A stretch of 64,000 nucleotides of DNA from Clostridia bacterium (GTDB lineage: Bacteria > Bacillota > Clostridia > CAKSNL01 > HGM11501). The stretch's first letter is position 1. Each line of letters starts with the position of its first letter. Location of the stretch: positions 122,691 to 186,690 of the forward strand of contig JAZQAZ010000008.1 of assembly GCA_045545475.1 (NCBI GenBank). The letters are read 5' to 3'. The position numbers were made by a program, and so were the translations under genes. Shown here piece by piece: positions 20,001 to 29,901 of the stretch. A model generated the notes under the pieces. That model saw nothing but the letters and a program-made list of their open reading frames with translations, ran no database searches and was not told where the DNA came from.

Positions 20001-22451
20001 ATGAATTTTATTGAATGTTATATTGAAAATTTCGGAAAGCTCAAAGAATTCCGCCAAGAATTTAAAGACGGACTTAATGTGATTTTAGAAGAAAACGGTT
20101 TTGGCAAGACTACTTTTGCAGCATTTATACAGGCGATGTTTTATGGTCTTGATGCAGGACGTGCAAAAGACAGCGACAGAAAAAAATATGATCCCTGGCA
20201 AGGCGGAAAATTTGGCGGATACATTACTTTTTCATTAAACGGAAAGACATACAGACTTGAGCGTTTTTTTGGCAAAAAAGAAAAGGACGATACCTTTGCA
20301 CTCTATAATGAAGAAACAGGCCTTGAATCAAAGGACTTTACTGAAAATATTGGGTGTGAAATATTCGGTTTAGATAAAGAATCTTACAGCAAATGCGCTT
20401 ATATTCCGCAAGGAAAGGTGGAATCTGAACTTTCAGGAGCCGGAAATATCAACGCAAAACTTTCTGATTTATCGGAAGTTGACAATGATATGGCATCTTT
20501 TGATAAGGCGATGAAAGATTTGAAGGAGTTAAAGAACAAATATAAACGTTCCAGCGGTCTTGTCGCAGAAAAGGAGCTTGCTAAAAGCAATGCTGAGGCA
20601 GAGCTTAAACGTTCAGAAAGCCTTCTCGAAACAGAACTGATGATAAAAGAAGAATTGCATTCTAAAAGAAGGCTAAAGAAAGAGCTGGAAGAAAAAATTG
20701 AAAAGCTACACAAGAATAATGCTGAAAAAGAAAAGGCGGAGCATTATAAAACAATAAAAAATGATGCGGAAGATTCGGAAGGCAGAGTAAAGGGATACGA
20801 AGCAGAAATGAAAAAAATCCCTACTTTCGAAGAACTTTCTTTGCTTTATAATTTAACAGAAGAATATAAAAGAAGCGAGACGATAAAAAGGACCGCTGAA
20901 TTAAGCGAGACTGAAAAGGAGGTGCTGGACAAAGCCGATGCTTATGAGACGCACGAACTTACAGAAGCTGAGTATAAAAGCATAACAGAAAAGATTCAGG
21001 TGTATAAAACGAAAAAAGCAGTTACCGAATCTGCTAATCTTACCGAAGAAGAACAGGTGAGACTTTTAAACTTGCGTAAAATGTTTTCTGAAAATAACTT
21101 TGATATGTCAAAGCTCGAAGAAATATATTACAAAGCAAGAGAAGCCAAAGAAAAGCTGGGCTTTCTTAAAGTAAAGAAGTTTCCCGCAATACCTGTTATA
21201 ATGGGAGCCGTTCTTTTATTGCTTGGTATAATATTTATGTGTTTCTTTTCGGTTATAGTCGGAGCAGCTTTAGCTTTGACCGGTATAGTTTTGTCGGTTA
21301 TTTTCATTATTAAGAATAAAACTGAAAATTCCGGAATTTTGAGGGAGATTGATAATGCAAATAAAGCTATTTCAAAAGCCGATGAGGTTTTTTCAACATA
21401 TGACGATGATTATGCCGGAAAATACGAAGAAGCTTTAAGGTCTATTCGGCTTTGCAATACAGAACTTAATAATCTGGAATTAAAAGAAAAAAGAGCCGCA
21501 GAGTTCACTTCTGATTCCAAGCTGGATGAATTAAAGAAAGAACTTGATGAAATACTTGGGCATTATCTTAAAACACCTTTCTCAGAATATGAAACCGAAG
21601 AAGTATTAAGGGAACTTTATAAACACTGCTCGGAATTAAAGCTCTTGAAAGAAAAGAAAAAAAGGTACGAGGAAGCTTCAAAGACTGCGGAAAATAGGTA
21701 TGCGGAACTCAAAGAAAATGCTTTTATATTTACTGACGTTTCGCCTGAAAAAGCTTATGAGGAGCTTAAAATTTTATGCGAAAAATTAAATGCGGAAAAG
21801 GAAAACTATACTGCAAAAAACAATTTATTGAAAGAATTTATAGCTGCTAACGGTATACCTGAGGAAAATCATGAGTTTACGGGCGTAGCGGAGATTGAAG
21901 CTGCAAAGTCAGTCTTAAGTGAAACAGGCGATATAATCAAAGACCTTGAAAAGAGGCTTTCGGGTATTATTGCCGAAACGGAAAAAATACCGGAGCTAAC
22001 CGCTGGAATAAGTGAGCTTGAGGATGAAATTTCAAACCTTAAAAAGAAAGTTTCGCTGATAGAAAAAACAGAAGTTGCTTTGCAGACAGCAAAAGAAAAT
22101 CTTACATTAAAGTATTTGGGTCCTTTGGCAGAACGTTTTGAAAAGTACAAAACCACACTTATGGCACCTGAAAAAACCACGCTTGATGCAGAACTTAATA
22201 TGGGAGCAATTGAGTATGGAGAAAGGCATCAAGCATCTTCATACAGCACAGGTCTTCGTGATATTTTATCCATTGCATTGCGTTTTTCTTTAATTGATGC
22301 TCTTTTTGCAAGCGAAAAGCCCGTTGTTGTTTTGGATGATCCTTTTACAAATCTGGACGAAAACAGGATAGAAAGTGCAAAAAAGGCTATCGAAACACTT
22401 TCTGAAGAATACCAGATAATATATCTTACCTGCCATGAGAGCAGAACATAA
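20001..22451 (+). CDS. SMC/SbcC-like ATPase (YhaN/SbcE-like) with internal TM hairpin
   Basis: Walker A ENGFGKTT, long coiled coil, central hydrophobic hairpin, YSTG signature, Walker B VVLDDPF, YLTCH. Confidence 0.87.
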   Translation: MNFIECYIENFGKLKEFRQEFKDGLNVILEENGFGKTTFAAFIQAMFYGLDAGRAKDSDRKKYDPWQGGKFGGYITFSLNGKTYRLERFFGKKEKDDTFALYNEETGLESKDFTENIGCEIFGLDKESYSKCAYIPQGKVESELSGAGNINAKLSDLSEVDNDMASFDKAMKDLKELKNKYKRSSGLVAEKELAKSNAEAELKRSESLLETELMIKEELHSKRRLKKELEEKIEKLHKNNAEKEKAEHYKTIKNDAEDSEGRVKGYEAEMKKIPTFEELSLLYNLTEEYKRSETIKRTAELSETEKEVLDKADAYETHELTEAEYKSITEKIQVYKTKKAVTESANLTEEEQVRLLNLRKMFSENNFDMSKLEEIYYKAREAKEKLGFLKVKKFPAIPVIMGAVLLLLGIIFMCFFSVIVGAALALTGIVLSVIFIIKNKTENSGILREIDNANKAISKADEVFSTYDDDYAGKYEEALRSIRLCNTELNNLELKEKRAAEFTSDSKLDELKKELDEILGHYLKTPFSEYETEEVLRELYKHCSELKLLKEKKKRYEEASKTAENRYAELKENAFIFTDVSPEKAYEELKILCEKLNAEKENYTAKNNLLKEFIAANGIPEENHEFTGVAEIEAAKSVLSETGDIIKDLEKRLSGIIAETEKIPELTAGISELEDEISNLKKKVSLIEKTEVALQTAKENLTLKYLGPLAERFEKYKTTLMAPEKTTLDAELNMGAIEYGERHQASSYSTGLRDILSIALRFSLIDALFASEKPVVVLDDPFTNLDENRIESAKKAIETLSEEYQIIYLTCHESRT

Positions 22452-22471
22452 TAATTTTAGGGGATGTTTGT

Positions 22472-23818
22472 ATGAAAAACATAGTACTTAAATTCAAAGC
22501 TCAGGGAAATAGCGAAAGAAGTTACAGACAAAAGGAATTTATTATATCAACCTTTCAGATTAACGGAATAGAAAGGGAAGAGGTTTCCTTTGAAGATGCA
22601 GAGCGTATTATAAAGAACTTAAAGGAAGCACACCATAATCAGATTGAACTTGGTTGGGCACATCACAATACAATAGCTAAAGCCGTTGAAATTTGCAACA
22701 AAGAAGGACTTAAGCTGATAATACAGGATCTTTCGCGCTTCGGCGGATTTCAGGAAAGAATACAAACCGACGAAGATCTTGAAGAAGTTGTAAAACAAGT
22801 GAGCGAAGAATACAAAGACGAGGAATGTCTCGGCGGTTTTTATATTTGGGACGAGCCATGCAGAGATGATGCGGTGGCACTTGCCGCAAAATATACCGAT
22901 TATTTCTATAAATATGCTCCCAGTTTGCTTAATCTTGCTATACTTATACCAAGCTATAACAGCTTATTTACTTGGAACAATGGCAAGTTCCCGGATTATG
23001 TTACACACTTTCTTGATACCATAAAGCCGCCTGTAATTTCCTTTGACTATTATCCTTTCGGCGTTGGCCCCGTAAAGGATGAAAGCGATGAACAGCTTGA
23101 CATTTCCAATATGTGGAAGGATTTAGCTGTTATGAGAAAGGAAAGTGTTGAGAGAAATATACCCTTCTGGTTCTATTTCGAAACAATACGCCTTAACAGA
23201 TACCCGAAAGAGCTTACAAATCCCATGATAACAAGCAACATTTTCTATGCTCTTTTATATGGTGCAAAGGGACTTCAGAGCTTTGGTGCTACGGGCTCGG
23301 TTGCAAGCGTCGATAAAGAGCTTGAAAAGAGAAGATTTCTTGAATTAAATGGCGAAAAAGGATACTTCTTTGATGCAATAAAAGAGGCTCTTGGGGTTGT
23401 CAAAGCCTGGGGCAATACTCTTATGGCACTTACGAGCGAGCATATCTATCACGACGAAGACCTTCTTAAAGGAGCTGCGTATTTCGATGAGCATTTCAGG
23501 GAGAATGTTAAAAATTCTTCTGTCTTCGCAATGGATAAGCTTGAAAAAAGATGTTCTCTTGGCGAATTTTCTGATGGTTACGGAAACAAGTATATTTATG
23601 TTTTGAATCGTGACTATAAAGATGAAAAAGAATTCACCTTAAAGCTTAATAAGGAATACAGGATTTATGAGGTTTCTAAAGCAAACGGTAATCAGTATAA
23701 AATAGCCGATAACTCTGTAAGCTTAACCGTAAAGCTTGCACCCGGCGATGCTTCGCTTTACAGAGTTGACAATTCTGATTCGGAAGAATATACAATAACC
23801 TACGTTTGCGAGGATTAA
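22472..23818 (+). CDS. Hypothetical protein, probable TIM-barrel glycoside hydrolase-like
   Basis: GFYIWDEP, ISFDYYP and ALLYGAKG motifs; C-terminal beta-sandwich-like tail; no signal peptide. Confidence 0.55.
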   Translation: MKNIVLKFKAQGNSERSYRQKEFIISTFQINGIEREEVSFEDAERIIKNLKEAHHNQIELGWAHHNTIAKAVEICNKEGLKLIIQDLSRFGGFQERIQTDEDLEEVVKQVSEEYKDEECLGGFYIWDEPCRDDAVALAAKYTDYFYKYAPSLLNLAILIPSYNSLFTWNNGKFPDYVTHFLDTIKPPVISFDYYPFGVGPVKDESDEQLDISNMWKDLAVMRKESVERNIPFWFYFETIRLNRYPKELTNPMITSNIFYALLYGAKGLQSFGATGSVASVDKELEKRRFLELNGEKGYFFDAIKEALGVVKAWGNTLMALTSEHIYHDEDLLKGAAYFDEHFRENVKNSSVFAMDKLEKRCSLGEFSDGYGNKYIYVLNRDYKDEKEFTLKLNKEYRIYEVSKANGNQYKIADNSVSLTVKLAPGDASLYRVDNSDSEEYTITYVCED

Positions 23819-23822
23819 TAAA

Positions 23823-24485
23823 ATGGAAATTTTATATTCCGACGAACATATAGTCATTTGTGTAAAACCTGCCGGGATTCTTTCTCAGGGAGATGAAAAA
23901 GGAAGCGAAAATATGATTTCACTTTTATCAAAAGAGCTTTCTTCGGATATTTATCCTGTTCACAGGCTTGACAGAAATACAGGCGGAGTTATGGTTTATG
24001 CCAAAAATGTAAAAGCTGCTGCAAAAATGTCTGCAGTCATTGAAAATAAAGACGAATTTCTGAAAGAATATCTCGCTGTTGTTGAAGGAATCCCCGAAAA
24101 CGAAGGGGAGCTTAAAGATCTCTTATACAAAAGTGCGCGGGATAATAAAACATATGTGGTTAAAAAGGCACGAAAAGGCGTCAAAGAAGCATTTTTGCAC
24201 TACAGACTTAAAGAGACTGCAAAAATAGACGAAAAACCGCTGTCGCTTGTTTTAGTGCGTCTTTTCACAGGGCGTTTTCATCAGATAAGGGTGCAGTTTG
24301 CATCCCGTAAAATGCCATTGGCAGGTGACGGTAAATACGGAAGCAGGGACAACGGTTGCGAGCTGGCTCTCTGGTCACACCACATTGCCTTCCGACATCC
24401 TTTTTCGGGAGAAAAATTGGATTTTATATCATACCCCGGAAACGAATATCCCTGGAATTTATTTGACAGTATAAAACCGATGTAG
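23823..24485 (+). CDS. RluA family pseudouridine synthase
   Basis: KPAG, VHRLDRNTGG, TGRFHQIR and GDGKYG motifs. Confidence 0.93.
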   Translation: MEILYSDEHIVICVKPAGILSQGDEKGSENMISLLSKELSSDIYPVHRLDRNTGGVMVYAKNVKAAAKMSAVIENKDEFLKEYLAVVEGIPENEGELKDLLYKSARDNKTYVVKKARKGVKEAFLHYRLKETAKIDEKPLSLVLVRLFTGRFHQIRVQFASRKMPLAGDGKYGSRDNGCELALWSHHIAFRHPFSGEKLDFISYPGNEYPWNLFDSIKPM

Positions 24486-24504
24486 CAAAGCTGCATCGGT
24501 TTTT
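24473..24504. terminator. Bidirectional terminator
   Basis: AAAACCGATGTAGC-AAA-GCTGCATCGGTTTTT between convergent genes. Confidence 0.8.
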
Positions 24505-24507
24505 ATG

Positions 24508-25845
24508 TCATAGTTTTATAAAATGAGGTCTTTCGTAGAATTTATCAAGATGGAAGGTTGACGTTTTGATGCCGGCAGGCGTTTCAATTTCTAAATCGTA
24601 TTTGCCGTAAAATCCTTTTATAACCAGCTCACCGTTTTCATCAGTTGACGATTCGAGATTTGTCTGCCAGCCTTTCAGCAATTCTTTTAAGGCTGTCATT
24701 GCGGGCTTTTCTGTCATATCATAGCGAAGAAGTCCGCCACAGAAATAGTTTTCGCCTTCAAGTGAGCCGGGCTTTGCCCAGGCTGCATACCCGTCAACCA
24801 TATTCCAATATACAATACCTTCCATATAAGGTGATGCAAACCACATCTTATACATATTGGTTAAAATCTCTGCCTGAATATCTTCATCTTCTTTTTCGAG
24901 ACCGAAAGCGGAAATTGTAACTTCCGATATCTGTATAGGAAGTTTAAAATCAGCATACAGCTCACTTTGCGCTGCGATATAAATGGGATTATATCGGTAT
25001 CCGGCAAAATGTGCTTCCTGCTCTTTCCTTATAAAAGAATGAGCCTGCATACTTATAGCGTTACATTTGCCGCCGTTTTTAAGGTGACGCTCTATCATCA
25101 TATAATAGGGAGTACGGTTATCGCGGAAGCTTTCGTCGCCTAAGTTTTGAGCTTCGTTAAGATAGCGAAGATTATACGGGAAATATTTATAGGCAATTTC
25201 ATAAAGCCAGTCAAGATAATCATAATCTCGTAAAAGTGCCGGTCGGTTATTTGTATGTAAAAGTGTTGTATGGCATAAAAGCTCGTTTGTAATATCGAAA
25301 TCATCAATTACATCCGCATATCTTTCGGCTATTTCTGCAAAATGCCTTTCGTAAAATTTCTTTGCTTCTTTTATATCTCTGGGAAAATATTCAGGGGTGA
25401 AAGCAGATGTATCGTATGCAAGGCAATGACCTTTCATTCTGATATTATTTTCTCTGCAGTATTCAACGCAAAGGTCGGGAGCAGGCCGTCTGTAAACCTT
25501 TAAGGAGTTTTTGTCATATCTCGGCTTACCGTATTCCGGCTCTAAATCCGACCAGTAAAACGGAACGGTTGCATAATTGAAGTATTTCTTGAAAAGTTCT
25601 CTGTAAAGTGCGTTTTTTTCGTCGGACTCAAATTCATCAAGCATAAAAATATTGCACCCGAATTTAAAATCGTGGCTATTCTGTTTAATCTTGACTTTAG
25701 CTCCTTTTAAGGGTTTTCCGTCTTCTCCTGTAATGCTGAGACGCGCAAAACCTTTTCTGTTTTTTTCGATGCCGTTTTTCACATAGTCATCGCAAAAATC
25801 CTTATGATAGTTAAAATATTTAAGTGCTGATTCTCGTCTTTCCAT
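24508..25845 (-). CDS. GH10-family (endo-xylanase-like) glycoside hydrolase, cytoplasmic
   Basis: FNYATVPFYW, KGHCL, DITNE (acid/base), MQAH and ISEVT (nucleophile); AAGGAGG RBS before ATG 25845. Confidence 0.8.
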   Translation of the reverse strand: MERRESALKYFNYHKDFCDDYVKNGIEKNRKGFARLSITGEDGKPLKGAKVKIKQNSHDFKFGCNIFMLDEFESDEKNALYRELFKKYFNYATVPFYWSDLEPEYGKPRYDKNSLKVYRRPAPDLCVEYCRENNIRMKGHCLAYDTSAFTPEYFPRDIKEAKKFYERHFAEIAERYADVIDDFDITNELLCHTTLLHTNNRPALLRDYDYLDWLYEIAYKYFPYNLRYLNEAQNLGDESFRDNRTPYYMMIERHLKNGGKCNAISMQAHSFIRKEQEAHFAGYRYNPIYIAAQSELYADFKLPIQISEVTISAFGLEKEDEDIQAEILTNMYKMWFASPYMEGIVYWNMVDGYAAWAKPGSLEGENYFCGGLLRYDMTEKPAMTALKELLKGWQTNLESSTDENGELVIKGFYGKYDLEIETPAGIKTSTFHLDKFYERPHFIKL

Positions 25846-25867
25846 AATCATTCCTCCTTTTTAATAA

Positions 25868-25895
25868 TTGTAGTATGTTTTTCGGAACTGTTCAA
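25868..25895 (-). promoter_or_regulatory. Promoter for GH10 gene
   Basis: TTGAAC-17 bp-TACAAT on minus strand. Confidence 0.55.
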
Positions 25896-25965
25896 CCATA
25901 AAATCGGAATAAAAAGCTTGATTTTCGGCACAAGGTGTGGTACCATAGTCAAAAGGAGTGATTTG

Positions 25966-26718
25966 ATGCGGGATTTATTGTCGGCAGAATTATTCGATGT
26001 GCTTTTTTACAAAGAAAAAGCCAGAGTATCCTTAAACCGCAAAAGAGAATATTCAGCATTGTCTTTCAGGTTATCATCAAAAAACGCCCGTTTTATATAT
26101 AATGGAAAAAATATTGAAGCCCCTTCCGGCAGTATATGTTATGTGCCTATGGGAGCAGAATACAAAAGAACTTGTGAAAAGGATGAACTTATAGTATTTC
26201 ATTTTAATGAGTCTTTTCCCGTAAAAAGCGAAATAGTTGTATTCGAAAGTAAGGATACCGAAAAACACAGAACTCTTTTTGAAAAAGCGGAAATGATTTG
26301 GAACGCGAAAGAAATCGGATACAGATATAAAGCAGCATCGCTGTTTTATGAAATTTTATCGGAACTAACAAGGGAAGGAATGTTGCTTTCAAATAACACC
26401 GATATGGATGTTGCAAAAGCGATAGATATAATCGAGCAAAATTTTAACAATGCTGATTTTCGTACCGAAGAGATATCAGAAGCTCTTTATATCAGTGAAA
26501 CTTTTCTGAGAAGAAAGTTTAAAAAGCATACAGGAAAATCTCCCAAGCAATATCTCAATGAGCGACGAATAGAGGAAGCGAAGAAGCTTCTGGAATCAAG
26601 GTATTTCTCACAAAAGGAAATTGCCGGAAAATGCGGCTTTTCGGATGTGAAATATTTCAGAACAGCATTTAAAACCGCGACCGGAATGAAAATAAAAGAT
26701 TATATGTTTAGCTTATGA
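25966..26718 (+). CDS. AraC family transcriptional regulator
   Basis: C-terminal HTH (IAGKCGFSDVKYFRTAFK); AGGAG RBS; divergent from GH10. Confidence 0.88.
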   Translation: MRDLLSAELFDVLFYKEKARVSLNRKREYSALSFRLSSKNARFIYNGKNIEAPSGSICYVPMGAEYKRTCEKDELIVFHFNESFPVKSEIVVFESKDTEKHRTLFEKAEMIWNAKEIGYRYKAASLFYEILSELTREGMLLSNNTDMDVAKAIDIIEQNFNNADFRTEEISEALYISETFLRRKFKKHTGKSPKQYLNERRIEEAKKLLESRYFSQKEIAGKCGFSDVKYFRTAFKTATGMKIKDYMFSL

Positions 26719-26722
26719 ATAT

Positions 26723-26753
26723 AAAAACGGTGTAGCTTTTGCTACACCGTTTT
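26723..26753. terminator. Bidirectional terminator
   Basis: AAAAACGGTGTAGC-TTTT-GCTACACCGTTTT. Confidence 0.8.
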
Positions 26754-26759
26754 ACTTCA

Positions 26760-28055
26760 TTATTTTTCAACGATTCTTTCCATGCCGCCCATATAAGGTC
26801 TTAAAGCTTCGGGGATTCTTACGCTGTACTTTTCTCCGTCGAATTCGAGATTGTTTTCAAGGAAAGCAATAAGCATTCTGGGAGGAGCAACAACTGTGTT
26901 GTTAAGGGTGTGGGCGAGGTACTTCTTACCGTCATCGGATTTAACACGGATGCCGAGTCTTCTTGCCTGAGCATCACCGAGGTTTGAGCAGGAGCATACT
27001 TCAAAGTATCTCTGCTGCTTGGGAGACCAAGCCACAACGTCTTAAGACATAACCTTAAGATCAGCAAGGTCACCTGTGCAACACTCAAGTGTACGAACGG
27101 GAATATCCATAGAGCGGAAAAGCTCAACAGAGTAGCTCCACATTTTATGGAACCATTCCATGCTTTCTTCGGGCTTACAGATAACTATCATTTCCTGCTT
27201 TTCGAACTGATGTATTCTGTAAATACCACGCTCTTCAATACCGTGAGCACCCTTTTCTTTACGGAAGCAGGGGGAATAACTTGTAAGAGTTAAAGGAAGA
27301 CTCTTTTCGTCGTTAATGGAGTCAATGAACTTACCAATCATGGAGTGTTCGCTGGTTCCGATCAGATATAAATCTTCGCCTTCGATTTTGTACATCATTG
27401 CATCCATTTCTTCAAAGCTCATAACGCCTGTTACAACGTTGCTTCTTATCATATAAGGAGGAATGCAGTAGGTGAAGCCCTTTCCTATCATAAAGTCTCT
27501 TGCATAAGCAAGCACTGCACTGTGAAGACGAGCGATATCGCCCATAAGATAGTAGAAGCCTTCGCCTGCAACCTTACCGGCAGATTCCTTATCGATACCG
27601 TTGAACTTAGCCATAATATCGGTGTGGTAGGGGATTTCAAAGGAAGGATTGGTCTTTTCTCCGAACTGTTCAACTTCAACATTTTCCTCGTCGTTTTTAC
27701 CAACAGGTACGGAATCGTCTACGATGTTGGGGATTTTCATCATAACTTCTTTGAGTTCTGCTTCAAGAACGCCTTCTTTTTCTTCGAGTGCTTTAAGCTC
27801 TTCTGCCTGAGCATTTACCTGAGCTTTTACGGCTTCGGCTTCATCCTTCTTACCTTGCCCCATAAGCATACCTATCTGCTTGCTTAAAGAATTACGGTTT
27901 GAACGAAGTTCGGAAGCTCTTGTATTTGCGGCACGCTTTTCGTCATAAAGACGGATTGCCTCATCAACAAGAGGAAGCTTGGAATCCTTAAACTTCTTCT
28001 TTATGTTTTCTTTAACCAATTCGGGATTTTCTTTGACAAATTTGATGTCTAACAT
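26760..28055 (-). CDS. serS: Seryl-tRNA synthetase, interrupted by an in-frame TAA at codon 338 (27042-27044); possible pseudogene or consensus error
   Basis: MLDIKFV, LIGTSEH, CFRKE, RIHQFEKQE and HTLNNT motifs; the two ORFs share one frame and together give 431 codons. Confidence 0.93.
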
Positions 28056-28089
28056 AAGTATTCCTCTCTTTTCAAAAAGTAATAATGAT

Positions 28090-28118
28090 AGTTTACCGCA
28101 AAATAAAGAAAATGTCAA
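28090..28118 (-). promoter_or_regulatory. sigma-A promoter for serS
   Basis: TTGACA-17 bp-TAAACT. Confidence 0.65.
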
Positions 28119-28147
28119 TATTTAGGCTGAAAATAAGTGGTTTTTTA

Positions 28148-28176
28148 TTGACATATTAAACTAAATCCGATATAAT
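28148..28176 (+). promoter_or_regulatory. sigma-A promoter for ABC transporter gene
   Basis: Perfect TTGACA-17 bp-TATAAT. Confidence 0.8.
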
Positions 28177-28206
28177 TATCTTATTAAAAGCATTGGGGTT
28201 GTAGCT

Positions 28207-29871
28207 ATGAAAAAAGAAAAAATTGAGCCTCAGGCAAGAAAATGGATAACTAAGTGCGCCGGACGTCAGAAGATTGGTATAATTCTTTTGACGGTTTTCG
28301 GCGTTTTCTTGTCTCTTACAGGGGTTTTCAGAGCACTTTGCTATCAGAAAATTATTGATCTTATCGGGCCTGTTACGGAAGGTGCAGATTCTGATACTTT
28401 GAGGAACTGGATAATTGCTTTTGCATCTGTTATAATTATAAGTATTTTGGTTTCTCTTATATCTTCATATGTAAAGGAGCTTTCCATCATTAATATGCTC
28501 AATTACATAAGAAGAGAAATTATGACCTCACTTTATAAAAAAGAATATAAAAAGACAACCGAATATCATTCAGGAGACTTGCTTAACAGGATGTTCAGCG
28601 ATGCGAGGGTAATATCGGGAAATCTTGTTTCACTTATTCCATCGGCACTTTCAGTTATAGTAAGGCTTTCCGGCTCGTTTATATTTATGTATATATTGGC
28701 ACCGAAGCTTGCCTTATTTTTACTGTTTTTCGGGCTTTTGCTCAGTGTATTTTCGTTTTCTGTAAGAAAAACACTTAAGAGAATTCATAAAGAAGCACAG
28801 AGTGCAGAAGGCAGAGTAAGATCAGTCTTTCAGGAGCAGAGTCTCGGGCTTCTTATGATAAAGGTATTTACTGCAGATGATAAAATGGAAAATAAAACAA
28901 ACGAGGTGCAGAAAGAATATAAAGGCAAGTTAATGAAACAAAAAATAATTTCCGCCCTTGTTCATGCTGTTTATGCGGCATCCTATAATTTTGCAATAAT
29001 TGCGGTTTTTGTATATGCCGTTTTTGCTATTGTGAATAACAGTTTAAGCTATGGCTCGCTTACAGCAATGCTTCAGCTCGCAGGAGGGCTCCAGACATCT
29101 CTTAATGAAATAGGGGGAATTCTGCCGAGATATTATTCTGTAGTTGCTTCCGCTGAAAGAATTCTTGAAATTGAAAATCTTCCTGATGAAAAGGAAGAAA
29201 GCTGCGACATAACAGAGGTTGAGGAACTTAAGCTTTCTAATGTCACATTTACATACGGAAGAGAACAACTTTTTGAAAATGTAAATCTTACTGTAAAAAA
29301 AGGAGAGGTTACTGCCATTCAAGGTCATTCCGGAATAGGTAAAAGCACAATACTATTACTGCTCTTAGGGATTTATAAACCTGTATCAGGAAAGGTATTG
29401 CTGAAAGATAAAGATATTGAAATCGAAGCAGGAAGAGGCACGAGAAAGTTTTTCTCTTTTGTTCCTCAGGGAAATCTTCTATTCTCTGGAACAATTCTTG
29501 AAAATCTTTTGTTCTCGAAGGAAGCGGCAGAAGATGATAAGCTAAAAGAAGCCTTAAGGATTTCCGGCTGCGATGAATTTATAAATCAGTTGCCGGACGG
29601 ACTTGATACAAAAATAGGCGAAGGTGGATTCGGACTTTCCGAAGGACAGCAGCAACGTATTGCCATAGCAAGAGCACTTCTCTCGGATGCCGAAATTTTA
29701 CTTCTTGACGAAGCGACAAGTGCACTTGATGAAAAAACCGAAAAAGATGTTATCGAAAATTTAAGAGAAATAAATAAAACCTGTATTCTCATTACACACA
29801 GAAAATCTCCGCTGTCCATCTGTGATTCGGCATATATCCTTGATGAAGCGGGATTAAATAAAGCGAAATAA
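28207..29871 (+). CDS. ABC exporter, fused permease/ATP-binding protein
   Basis: Six TM segments, GHSGIGKS, LSEGQQQR and LLLDEATSALD. Confidence 0.92.
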   Translation: MKKEKIEPQARKWITKCAGRQKIGIILLTVFGVFLSLTGVFRALCYQKIIDLIGPVTEGADSDTLRNWIIAFASVIIISILVSLISSYVKELSIINMLNYIRREIMTSLYKKEYKKTTEYHSGDLLNRMFSDARVISGNLVSLIPSALSVIVRLSGSFIFMYILAPKLALFLLFFGLLLSVFSFSVRKTLKRIHKEAQSAEGRVRSVFQEQSLGLLMIKVFTADDKMENKTNEVQKEYKGKLMKQKIISALVHAVYAASYNFAIIAVFVYAVFAIVNNSLSYGSLTAMLQLAGGLQTSLNEIGGILPRYYSVVASAERILEIENLPDEKEESCDITEVEELKLSNVTFTYGREQLFENVNLTVKKGEVTAIQGHSGIGKSTILLLLLGIYKPVSGKVLLKDKDIEIEAGRGTRKFFSFVPQGNLLFSGTILENLLFSKEAAEDDKLKEALRISGCDEFINQLPDGLDTKIGEGGFGLSEGQQQRIAIARALLSDAEILLLDEATSALDEKTEKDVIENLREINKTCILITHRKSPLSICDSAYILDEAGLNKAK

Positions 29872-29901
29872 CGTTCCGAATATAAAGAAAGAAGGGGTAC
29901 T

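Noticed and set aside
27042-27044. TAA reassignment or programmed recoding; DGR-type mutagenesis of serS
   Set aside because: TAA is the normal stop for many genes here. No reverse transcriptase or template repeat is in the window, and the changes are not all adenine-specific.
26819-27127. Alternative-frame ORF spanning the serS stop as evidence of a frameshift
   Set aside because: Both serS halves are in the same frame, and this ORF has no SerRS similarity.
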